Positions 18,818-28,283 of a stretch of DNA of 64,000 bases are shown piece by piece; position 1 is the stretch's first letter, and each line of letters opens with the position of its first letter. The notes under the pieces are model-generated. The model was not told the origin of the DNA. It did not search any database and was given only the letters and a program-made list of their open reading frames with translations. The translations under genes and the position numbers were made by a program. The DNA is from an uncultured Alphaproteobacteria bacterium. GTDB lineage: Bacteria; Pseudomonadota; Alphaproteobacteria; UBA8366; GCA-2717185. The DNA is taken from contig CALSRA010000028.1 in the NCBI GenBank assembly GCA_943788635.1, positions 38,520 through 102,519 on the forward strand, given 5' to 3'.

Positions 18818-19484
18818 ATGCCTCAGGTCAGACTCGTACCCGTTATGATTTTTGTGGCGTCCTCTGATGCTGACAGTAAAGCTGGGCAGTATCTGGAGTG
18901 CTATTATCGACGATGGTGTCGGTTTGGAGGTCCAGACCGCTGCGGCGCAGCAGGAGCCCAAAGACGAGGCGGCGGGCGGCCCGGTGGCGCCGAAAGCCGA
19001 GCAACAGGCAGCAATTGAGAAACCGGAGCCGGAAAGCAAAGCGAAAGAGGCTACGGACGTTTCGAAGATGAGTTACTCCGAAATTCGCCTGTTGCAGGAA
19101 CTGGCAGAGCGACGTGAATTGCTCGACAAGCGGGAGCGGGAGCTTGAACAGCGTTCGGTTTTGTTGAAGGCCGCGGAACAGCGCATTGTCGAAAAGCAAG
19201 ACGAGTTTAAAAAAATAAAGCTTGAAATCAAAGACTTGCTCGATATTAAAGAAAAAGAAGAATCCGAACGGCTTAACCGGCTGGTTGGCATTTACTCGAA
19301 TATGAAACCAAAAGATGCCGCAACGATTTTCAACGAACTCGATATGGGCGTGCTGTTGGACGTTATGCAGTCGATGACCGCGCGCAAGGTCGCGCCCATT
19401 ATTGCGTCCATGGATGCGGACCGGGCGCGACAATTGACACAACAGCTTGCTGAACGTCGGGACGTGCCCCAGATCCCGAACTAG
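18818..19484 (+). pseudogene. MotE-like flagellar motility protein (MgtE-N-type domain), +1 frameshift after codon ~11
   Basis: ATG 18818 gives MPQVRLVPVMIF..., and the main frame (18852..19484) continues ...LMLTVKLGSIWSAIIDDG...LVGIYSNMKPKDAATIFNELDMGVLLDVMQSMTARKVAPIIASMDADRARQLT. The T5 run at 18849-18853 is the slip site. Confidence 0.55.
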
Positions 19485-19668
19485 TCCGGGTAACATTTCA
19501 AGCACCGGTCAATTTTTCTATCTGTTTTCAGCGATGGAATCTGCCGTCCCGGGGCTTGCCGGGGTGAGAAATCCGAAGTCGAATAATCCCGCCTTCACCT
19601 TGATTTGGCAGTGATTTTCAACAAATGGCGGGCGGTTGTTATTTTCTCCAGCCAAATAAATTTTGATA

Positions 19669-19684
19669 TTAACCGCGATTTAAC
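19669..19684 (+). promoter_or_regulatory. putative CtrA-type binding site TTAA-N7-TTAAC upstream of cheY
   Basis: The sequence TTAACCGCGATTTAAC is a perfect match to the alphaproteobacterial CtrA half-site arrangement. It lies about 75 nt upstream of the cheY ATG. Confidence 0.4.
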
Positions 19685-19757
19685 GCCTTAGCGCTTGAAT
19701 ATGCCTCGTATTCAGAGGCGCAGGAACGTTTTGCGCTGCATTGCGGAGAAGCACACT

Positions 19758-20144
19758 ATGGCCGTTGACAAAAACATGCCCATTCTCATCGTCGATGATT
19801 ACAAGACGATGTTGCGTATTATCAGAAACCTCCTAAAGCAGCTTGGCTTCACGAATGTTGACGAAGCTATGGACGGCGGTGAGGCACTGACCAAGTTGCG
19901 GTCTGCCAGTTTTGGGCTCGTGATTTCGGACTGGAATATGGAACCGATGACAGGTCTGGAGCTTTTAAAGGAAGTTCGGGCCGACGATACGCTGAAAGCG
20001 ACGCCGTTTGTCATGATTACAGCTGAAAGCAAGACTGAAAATGTCGTTGCGGCGAAACAGGCAGGCGTAAACGATTATATCGTCAAGCCATTCAACGCGG
20101 CGACATTGAAAACCAAACTGACCAGTGTTATTGGCCAGTTTTGA
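19758..20144 (+). CDS. cheY: chemotaxis response regulator CheY
   Basis: The protein is 128 aa from MAVDKNMPILIVDDYKTMLRIIRNLLKQLGF.... It has ...VISDWNMEPMTGLELLKEVR... and ...YIVKPFNAATLKTKL, a single REC domain. Confidence 0.9.
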   Translation: MAVDKNMPILIVDDYKTMLRIIRNLLKQLGFTNVDEAMDGGEALTKLRSASFGLVISDWNMEPMTGLELLKEVRADDTLKATPFVMITAESKTENVVAAKQAGVNDYIVKPFNAATLKTKLTSVIGQF

Positions 20145-20157
20145 GCGGACCTAGCCG

Positions 20158-20818
20158 ATGAAGGTATTGCAAGCAGACCCTGAAATAAGGGAACGATTGG
20201 ACGAGTTGCGCACTGATGGTGTGAAAACCGTGCCGGTCCAGGATGTTGGCGATATCGTCAACGGTATTCTGGATTCGCTGAATGGCGACGTTTCGTCTAT
20301 CGATCTGACATTGTTTGGCGAACTTGAGTCGTTGGCAGTGTTCATCCGTGCAGCGAAGGGTGATATCGCGTCTAATCCAGCCACAGAAGGTGCGGGAGCT
20401 GCACCTTCCAAGTGCCAGGGATGAGCTGGATGCCATTGTCGGGTCGACCGAGAAGGCGACCGAAGAAATTATGAGTGCGGTGGAGAAAATTGAACAGATT
20501 GCATCAGGCATCGATGCAGAAGCCGCCGACCAGATCAATGATCAGGTGAACCAGATATTCGAGGCCTGTAGTTTTCAGGATATAACCGGTCAGCGAATCA
20601 CGAAGGTCGTAACGACGTTGCTTCAGATAGAATCCAGCATCGAGTCGATGCTCGCCGTATTCGGAGATGAGGCCGCACGGGAAAGAGTTGGCGAATTGTC
20701 TGAAAAGAATAAGGCAGCTGAGATTCGGGCCGACGCCAATCTACTGAATGGACCTCAAATAGAGGGTAGCGGAAATAGTCAGGATGACATAGATAGTATA
20801 ATGGCGAGTTTTGATTAG
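20158..20818 (+). pseudogene. cheZ: CheZ-family CheY-P phosphatase, +1 frameshift
   Basis: The downstream frame carries HLPSARDELDAIVGSTEKATEEIMSAVEKIE...FEACSFQDITGQRITKVV, the CheZ catalytic Gln motif. The frames join if one A is removed from AA at 20374-20375 (...AKGDIAS-IQPQKVRELHLP...). Confidence 0.8.
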
Positions 20819-20844
20819 ATGATGTAAAATCGAACATAGTTATC

Positions 20845-21531
20845 ATGGATAAATTCGAACCCATTAAGCCAGGGCCGGTACAAGACACCGGCCCTGTTTT
20901 GTTTTTGGGGCTGTTTCTCTTGCTGCTTGCTTTTTTTATTCTTCTGAATGCATTGGCAACACGAGAGGAAATTCGGACGCGCGCGGTTATCAACTCATTG
21001 ATTTTGACGTTTCAGGCGCCGGATGACACGACTCCATCCAGAGAAATATTCATTTCCGCCCTGGCGCCGGTTCCTGAACCCGAAGACCTGCTGGATGAGT
21101 TCGAAAGAATCTGGGTTGCCTCCATACCGCTTCTGAAGGTGGAACGCCTGTCTCGAGGGCGTACAATGCAGGTCATTATGCCGGCGAATGAACTTTTCGT
21201 CGGCCGCAGTGACGAATTGCGATCAGACCGTGCAACATTGTTCGTCAATACGGCGAAAGCTTTGGCGTTCCAGTCGGACGGTTTCGTCAACGAACTCGAA
21301 TTCTTGTTTGGTACCAGCAAGGGTGACCGGATGACGGGCGAATCTGTGCAAATGCTGCGGGCGTCCAAGATTGCACGGGAGCTCGTTGCGAACGGCGCGC
21401 CCGCGGATACGGTCACTGTCGGGACGCAATGGGCTGAGGAGCGGCAGATCCGCATGCGATTCCATGTGCGGGAGGCCGACAAGGCCTATATCGATTTCCA
21501 GGAATTGAAGGCGCAGGAAGGTGCGCAGTGA
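20845..21531 (+). CDS. membrane protein of the flagellar cluster (single N-terminal TM; function unknown)
   Basis: The protein is 228 aa with a hydrophobic segment VLFLGLFLLLLAFFILLNAL. It is translationally coupled to the following MotB-like gene by a 4-bp overlap. Confidence 0.45.
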   Translation: MDKFEPIKPGPVQDTGPVLFLGLFLLLLAFFILLNALATREEIRTRAVINSLILTFQAPDDTTPSREIFISALAPVPEPEDLLDEFERIWVASIPLLKVERLSRGRTMQVIMPANELFVGRSDELRSDRATLFVNTAKALAFQSDGFVNELEFLFGTSKGDRMTGESVQMLRASKIARELVANGAPADTVTVGTQWAEERQIRMRFHVREADKAYIDFQELKAQEGAQ

Positions 21532-22229
21532 GCGAAAACGAACCCGATCAGGTCCGGGCGCCTGTCTGGCTGGTGACATTCGGCGATGTCGTTGCGCTGT
21601 TACTGACCTTTTTCGTGATGCTTTATGCAACGGCAAAAATTCCATCTGAAGAATGGGATGCGGTTGTCGGGACCTTTTCGGAGAGCTTGCAGTTCTCACA
21701 ATCGGGTATGACACCAAACCCACGGTCTGAGACGTCTATCCCAATTGTTGATACGCAACCTGCGCTGTCGACAGACTATCTATCTGGTATACTGCGCGAT
21801 CAATTGGGACAGGATGTAGTGTTGCGGGATCTCGCCGTTCGCTCACAGGATGATCGCGTTTCGGTATCGCTTTTTTCGGGCGAAATGTTCGCGCCAGGCG
21901 GTACGGAACTGAACGTGGAAATGCGTGAGGCGGTGACTCGGCTGGGTGGAATTTTTCTGAATATTTCCAATCAGTTGGAAATTCGAGGGCACGCTGGTCC
22001 GTCGATCGAGGAAGGCTTGGATTTTGAAGCGAATCAAAAACTTTCACTGCTTCGGGCAGAATCGGTCGCAAGCCTGATTCAGGAAAGTGGTTACGAACGG
22101 AATATCATCATCGTGGGATTGGGCGACTCACGATTTGCAAAACTGGACCCCGGTCTGGGTGAGGAGCGTCGCGAAACTTTGGCGCGGCGGGTTGATTTCA
22201 TAATCCATTCGGCGGCAGAAAACCCGTGA
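21528..22229 (+). CDS. MotB/OmpA-like flagellar motor stator-type protein
   Basis: The protein is 233 aa. The N-terminal WLVTFGDVVALLLTFFVMLYA resembles the MotB plug/TM motif. The C-terminal ...NQKLSLLRAESVASLIQESGY...RRVDFII is OmpA-like. Confidence 0.6.
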   Translation: MSENEPDQVRAPVWLVTFGDVVALLLTFFVMLYATAKIPSEEWDAVVGTFSESLQFSQSGMTPNPRSETSIPIVDTQPALSTDYLSGILRDQLGQDVVLRDLAVRSQDDRVSVSLFSGEMFAPGGTELNVEMREAVTRLGGIFLNISNQLEIRGHAGPSIEEGLDFEANQKLSLLRAESVASLIQESGYERNIIIVGLGDSRFAKLDPGLGEERRETLARRVDFIIHSAAENP

Positions 22230-25200
22230 CAGTAATTCGGTTATCATTCTGGATTATTTTATGTGTCCTGGGTGGCGCGGGCGTCGCGCAGGCTGTCGAG
22301 GTACCCGTGCGCGGGGGCGCACATCCGAGTTATGGCCGCGTGGTATTCGACTGGCCGACTCCGGTAACATTCTCGGCTACGATTTCTGATCGTCAACTTG
22401 CTGTCCGGTTCAATCAGCCGATTACCGCCCGGTTTAATGCCGCGCTTGCGAATCTGCGTGGATTCGTCGACGCGGCGCAAATTTCGGCCGACGGACGTGT
22501 TGTCCGGTTGCGGCTATCCGGCGATTTTAAGTTGCGGTCCTTCAAGAATGACAATGCGGTCGTTATCGATCTGTTGGGCACTGCTGAAAGTCAGGCTGCT
22601 GCCGCGCCACTATTGGGCGTTCGGGTCGGCGAACATCCGACATATACCAGACTTGTTTTCGACTGGAATAGCGCAGTTACCTACACTGCCGGCGTAGAAG
22701 GGGCGAGTTTGAGTGTGCGGTTTGATCGTCCCGCGCGGATTGATCTTGCGGCTCTTCGCCGGGATTTGCCGTCGGGCGTGCAGAACCCGACAACGGCTCT
22801 TCGGGACAAAGGGGTCGCGCTAACCCTGAACGTTCCGGCAGAGTCACGTCTGCGTCATTTCCGATCCGGCACCAAGGTCGTTGTCGATATTTTTGCGAAG
22901 CCGCCAGCCGAGCAGCCGCAATCCGCCTCGCCGCCGGAAGCCAAACAGGCCAGTACCGCGCCTGCAGTTCCAAAACAGGCTGCAGCAAAGCCGATTGCGC
23001 CAGTGGCGACAGCGCCAGAGCCGGCCGCGCCTGAGGCAGCGGCACCCGAACCCAAAACGGCGGTACCGGATGATGCCCCGGCGTCACCCAAAAAGGCTGC
23101 AGACGGGCCACGGCGTTTGTTGCCCAAAACAGCATCAATCGCATCAGCCGTCCCGGGACCCAAAACGGCTATTGCAACTGAATCCAAACCGTCGCCTGCG
23201 CGAAATGACGAACCGGCGGCACCGCCTGAAAAAACGCCGGCGGTGCAAACTCCCGAAGCAGAAGAAGGCGCAGCTGAAGCCAAGCGGCTGGTGGAAGAAG
23301 CGTTTGCCTCCGCTCGGGCGGAGGTTTCAGCCGACGGGGCTGCGGTGGCATCGGTTAGTTTGGTTTTCGAATGGCCCGAAGCTGTCGGTGCGGCGGTTTT
23401 CGTGCGGGCTGGATACACCTGGGTGGTTTTCGATCGCCGTGCCCCCCTCGATCTTGCGCCGTTGCGGGCCGCAGGGAGGGGGTCGGTGTCCCAGATAGAG
23501 CAACTTTCCATCGGCGATGCCAGCGCGCTGCGTATGGTGCCTAATTCAAATTTGAGTCCCCTTTGCGCGCCGCGATGGAACAAACTGGATCGTCGAGTTC
23601 CGTGAGGGCAGGGTTCGTCCGGAAATTCAGATTCCCATTGAGTTCAAAGAGGGCGGAGATGACGGGGCCGAGTTATTTTTTCCGGCAATTGAGGTCGGCG
23701 AGACCTTTCAGGTTCCAGACCCGGAAGTTGGCGATATCATCAAGGTTGCGACGGTTCAGGCATCTAGCCAGGGTATAAACGGCCAACGAGCCTATCCTGA
23801 ATTTCAGATACTGGCTTCCTCACAAGGCATCGCCGTGGTGCCGTTGAATGACGACCTGGAACTTACCAAGAATGATGCGGGACTTACGCTGGCTTTGCCT
23901 GGCGGTCTGCATGTCACGGGTGTTTCGCCGGATGCCGGCCGGGATGCGGGGGTCAAATCCGCCGGACAGGCGCGCCGGATATTCAAGTTGTCCGAATGGC
24001 TGCACGGACCTCTGGAGGATTATTACGAACTGCGCCAGCAGTTACAGGATGATGTGGCGAAGCAGCCAAAGAACCGGCGTAACGTCGCTCGTATGAAGCT
24101 GGCGGAGTTCTTCTTTGCGCGGGGCCTTGCCCCTGAAGCAAAGGGCGTACTTCAGGTTATTGAAGGTGAAGACGAGCGTTTGGGGATAAAGCCCGAATTC
24201 AGGGCTATCAAAGGTGCCGTTGCAATCCTGAACGGAGAGGTGAACGAAGCAGCCCGGAATCTCAATGATCCGCGCCTTGAAAAATACGAGGAAATTCAGC
24301 TATGGCGCGGGGCCGTTGCTGCCGCTGCGGAAAACTGGCCGCAGGCGGCGCTATACTATCAGAATGGCGAAGCTGTTTTGCACGGGTACCCGGAGCCAAT
24401 GAAGTCCAGGCTAGCGCTGATTGGAATTGATGCGGCGTTGAAAGCGCGGGACCCGGGGGCGGCGGGGCGTTGGTTGAATGCAATCAGCAAGACGACAGGT
24501 CATTTGTCGCGGGGTCAATTGGCGACGTTGCACTATCTTCAGGGGCGCGTGGCATTTGCAAAACGGGACCTCAACCGGGCGCAGGAGCTCTGGACGGACC
24601 TGCAGGATAGCGGGGATACGTGGAATGCGGCACGCGCCGCACTGTCCCTGGTCAACCTTGGCCTTCTTCAGGAGACAATGCCCGTCGATGAGGCGATCAA
24701 ACGCCTAGAGGCGTTACGGTATCAGTGGCGCGGTGATGAGTTTGAATTGGATGTCTTGCGCCGGCTTGGCGGGCTGTATCTGGATCAGCAGGATTATCGC
24801 AACGGTCTCGGTACTTATAGAGTCATTGCGACGTACTTTCCCGACCATCCCGATACGCCGCGAATTGCGCAAACCATGACGGATACCTTCAAAAAATTAT
24901 ATCTTGAAGGCGAGGCGGATAACCTTCCCCCTTTGAGTGCGCTGGCATTGTATGACGAATTTCGGGAACTGACGCCCGCCGGGCCTGACGGCAATATCAT
25001 GATTCAGAAATTGGCCGAAAGGCTGGTCGATGTCGACCTGTTGAACCGTGCGGCCGATCTTTTGCAGCATCAGGTCAAGTTCCGACTGAAAGGCGAAGAG
25101 CGAGCGGTCGTCGGGGCGAAGCTGGCACTCATTCGATTGCTCGACCGGGACCCGGTGGCGGCGATCGAGGCCCTGCGCACGACGGCGTATTCGCGTCTTC

Positions 25201-25674
25201 CGGAAGCACTTGATGATGATCGCAGAAGAATACATGCGCGCGCGTTGTTTGATACCGGAAAGACCCAAGATGCCGTTGAGCTTCTGGCGGGGGATGTCTC
25301 GCGGAATGCGGATCTCCTTCGTGCTGATATCCAGTGGCGATCCGAAAACTGGCCAGAGGCAGCAAAGGCCTTGCGACGCCTTGCGGGCGAACCGCCTGCG
25401 GAAGGCACGACCTTCGATCGGACAGAAGCCCAGGTGGTGTTGAATTGGGCGGCGGCTCTTCGACTCAGTCAGGATGAAAGTGGCCTTGCTGTATTGCGAG
25501 AACTCTATGGCCCCGGGATGGAAGCCAGTCCGCTTGCGAATGCATTCCGGTTTATCGCCAGTCCGTCAGGTTCGGACGGTCCATTGGATCTGGTCAGCGT
25601 GACAAGTCGTCTGGCGGAAACGGATGTGTTTGATGCATTCCTGGCGGAATATCTTGAGGATAACCGCAGACGTC
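22226..25674 (+). pseudogene. giant secreted AMIN-like / Pro-Ala-rich / TPR-like protein; +1 frameshift and 3' end replaced by IS21 copy B
   Basis: A signal peptide is followed by two AMIN-like modules (GAHPSYGRVVFDWPTP..., GEHPTYTRLVFDWNSA...), a Pro/Ala-rich linker, and then a helical repeat region (tracked ORF 23835..25694). The frames join by removing one C from CCCC at 23558-23561 (...MVPNSNLSP-FARRDGTNWIVEFREG...). The last 6 codons and the stop come from the IS. Confidence 0.6.
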
Positions 25675-25768
25675 TGAGAACGCCGGAGCAATAATCCACC
25701 ACTGAAGCGGCCAGATTGTCTGGTTGTTGGCCGGAGTAAAAATCCGCCAGTGGTAAGCTTTCTGCATT

Positions 25769-27322
25769 TTGCAGAGGGCGGGGATGAAGCAAGTGGAATT
25801 GTATGGTCGCGTGCGTTATGCGGTAAAAATTCAAGGTATGAGCCGCCGCGAAGCGGCAAGGTTGTTCGGCATTGACCGTCGCACGGTTGATAAGATGTTG
25901 GCGTTCTCGACCCCACCTGGCTATCGCCGCAAGAAGGCGCCGAACCGGCCCAAGCTTGATCCGTTTGTCGGTATTATCGACCAGATCCTTGAGGACGATA
26001 CCAAACGTCTGAAGAAGCAGCGTCATACGTCGAAGCGGATCTTTGAGCGGCTTCGTGATGAATATGGCTTTGCCGGTGGCATCACCATCGTGAAGGATTA
26101 TGTTTTTGCCGCCCGGCAACGTCAGCGGGAGATGTACGTGCCGTTGAGCCATTCTCCGGGCCATGCCCAGGCAGATTTTGGTGAAGCGGATGCAGTCATC
26201 GGCGGCATCCAGTGCCGGGCCCATTATTTTGTCATGAGCCTTCCTCATAGCGACGCCTGTTTCGTTTGTGCTTATCCCGCAGCGACCACGGAAGCATGGC
26301 TAGATGGCCACAACAGGGCCTTCAGCTTCTTTGGCGGCATCCCTAAATCGATCCTGTATGATAACGACAAGGTTCTGGTGGCGCGGATATTGCCAGATGG
26401 CACACGACAACGGACACGGGCATTCAGCGGCCTCCAGTCTCATTATCTTTTTGAAGATCGTTATGGCCGCCCAGCCAAAGGGAACGACAAGGGTAACGTG
26501 GAAGGCATCGTCGGTTTTGCCCGCCGGAACTTCATGGTGCCGGTTCCACAGTTCGAGAGTTGGGATGCCTTCAATGCTCACCTGGAAGAGCAATGCCGCA
26601 AGCGCCAACGTGATGTTTTGCGTGGCGAGCGCGAGAGTATCGGTGCGCGGCTTGTTCGTGATCAGGATGTGCTGGCAGACTTGCCTCCCGTCCTGTTCGA
26701 TGCCTGTGATAGACAGGCCACGCGGGTCAGTTCCCTATCCCTGGTACGGTATCGAAACAATGATTATTCGGTGCCCGTCGCCTTTGGCCATCAGGACGTC
26801 TGGGTCCGTAGCTATGTCCATGAGGTCATCATCGGCTGCGCCAGTGAGGAGATCGCTCGTCATCCCCGTTCCTATGATCGGGAGGATCTGATCTTCAACC
26901 CGATCCACTATCTGCCTTTGCTGGAGAAGAAGGTCGGTGCCCTGGACCAGGCGGCGCCGTTGGTGGGTTGGGATCTGCCAGATGTATTCGTAACTCTGCG
27001 TCGCCTCCTTGAAGCCCGGATGGGCAAACCGGGGAAGCGGGAGTACGTACAGGTCCTAAGGCTGCTTGAGATATTCGACCTCAATGACCTACATGGCGCG
27101 ATCAGAGATGCCCTGCGCTTAAGCGCGATTAGCTTTGACGCCGTTAAACATCTGCTGCTGTGCCGCATAGAGCGGCGTCCGCCAAAGCTCAATCTGGACA
27201 TCTATCCTTATCTGCCACGGGCTCAGGTGGCGACGACATCGGCGGCCAGTTACATGAACTTACTGCACGGGGCGAAGAGAACCGATAGCTCTGATAAGGA
27301 AGTAATGGGCGGTGCATTATGA
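25769..27322 (+). CDS. istA: IS21-family transposase IstA, copy B
   Basis: The ORF is 517 aa and identical in protein sequence to 2994..4547. Confidence 0.92.
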   Translation: MQRAGMKQVELYGRVRYAVKIQGMSRREAARLFGIDRRTVDKMLAFSTPPGYRRKKAPNRPKLDPFVGIIDQILEDDTKRLKKQRHTSKRIFERLRDEYGFAGGITIVKDYVFAARQRQREMYVPLSHSPGHAQADFGEADAVIGGIQCRAHYFVMSLPHSDACFVCAYPAATTEAWLDGHNRAFSFFGGIPKSILYDNDKVLVARILPDGTRQRTRAFSGLQSHYLFEDRYGRPAKGNDKGNVEGIVGFARRNFMVPVPQFESWDAFNAHLEEQCRKRQRDVLRGERESIGARLVRDQDVLADLPPVLFDACDRQATRVSSLSLVRYRNNDYSVPVAFGHQDVWVRSYVHEVIIGCASEEIARHPRSYDREDLIFNPIHYLPLLEKKVGALDQAAPLVGWDLPDVFVTLRRLLEARMGKPGKREYVQVLRLLEIFDLNDLHGAIRDALRLSAISFDAVKHLLLCRIERRPPKLNLDIYPYLPRAQVATTSAASYMNLLHGAKRTDSSDKEVMGGAL

Positions 27323-28083
27323 CCGATACGCCACAGCTCTTGCTATCCCATCACCTGAAAGCGCTCAGGCTCCCCACCTTCCTCAGGGAATACGACAAGC
27401 TGGCCCGCCAATGCGCCGCCGAGGGTGTCGATCATGTCCGCTATCTCGTCCGCCTGACCGAACTGGAATTGATCGACCGGGAACGCCGCATGGTCGAACG
27501 GCGGATCAGACTGGCCAAGTTCCCCGCCGTCAAAAGTCTGGACAGCTTCGACTTCAAAGCCATCCCATCGCTGAACAAGATGATGGTTCTAGAACTGGCC
27601 CGATGTGAATATGTCGAGCGACGTGAGAACGTTATCGCGCTCGGTAACTCAGGCACCGGTAAAACCCATATCGCCCTCGGTCTCGGCCTGGCGGCTTGCC
27701 AGAAAGGCCTCAGTGTTGGATTTACCACGGCGGCCGCCCTGGTCCACGAGTTGATGGAGGCCAGGGATGAGAAACGCCTGCTGCGGTTCCAAAAACAATT
27801 GGCAAAATACAAGCTGCTGATTATCGATGAGCTGGGCTTCGTGCCACTCAGCAAAACAGGGGCCGAGCTTTTATTCGAGGTGTTCTCTCAGCGTTACGAG
27901 CGTGGCTCAACCCTGCTGACCAGCAATCTCCCCTTCGATGAATGGACCGAGGTGTTCGGATCCGAACGCCTGACAGGGGCTTTGCTCGACCGCCTAACCC
28001 ACCACGTTCATATCCTCGAGATGAACGGCGACAGTTACCGCCTGAACCAGAGCCAAAAACGGCAGACCCCCCAAAAAACCTGA
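27319..28083 (+). CDS. istB: IS21-family ATP-binding helper IstB, copy B
   Basis: The protein is 254 aa with Walker A GNSGTGKTH and Walker B LLIIDELG. Its start overlaps the istA stop (ATGA). Confidence 0.92.
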   Translation: MTDTPQLLLSHHLKALRLPTFLREYDKLARQCAAEGVDHVRYLVRLTELELIDRERRMVERRIRLAKFPAVKSLDSFDFKAIPSLNKMMVLELARCEYVERRENVIALGNSGTGKTHIALGLGLAACQKGLSVGFTTAAALVHELMEARDEKRLLRFQKQLAKYKLLIIDELGFVPLSKTGAELLFEVFSQRYERGSTLLTSNLPFDEWTEVFGSERLTGALLDRLTHHVHILEMNGDSYRLNQSQKRQTPQKT

Positions 28084-28283
28084 CCAACGAGAACATGGTT
28101 GACCCGGTGGGCCCACAGGCACCTCCCGCGCTGCTTCGCTCCGCGTAACGCTAAAGCGCTACGCAAAGCAGCACGGGTCCCTCCTATGGACTAACGGGAC
28201 AACCCGCAACACCGAGTATTACATCATACAAAGTGGTGTACTTTTACTCCGGCCAATGGTGTATTTTTACTCCGGCGTTGACA

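Larger units (their letters stand above)
25675..28283 (+). mobile_element. IS21-family insertion sequence, copy B (intact, 2609 bp)
   Basis: It starts with TGAGAACGCCGGAGCAATAATCCACC at 25675 and ends ...TTTTTACTCCGGCGTTGACA at 28283. Subterminal GCCGGAGTAAAAAT repeats occur at both ends. I saw only one difference from copy A, a synonymous G/A at 27882 versus 1038. Confidence 0.93.

Noticed and set aside
22677-23583. I examined Ala/Gly/Ser/Pro-rich ORFs on the minus strand and in alternative plus frames across 22.7-23.6 kb.
   Set aside because: They overlap the Pro/Ala-rich linker of the AMIN/TPR gene. GC-rich repetitive codons keep several frames open, and the sense frame is fixed by the flanking AMIN and helical domains.
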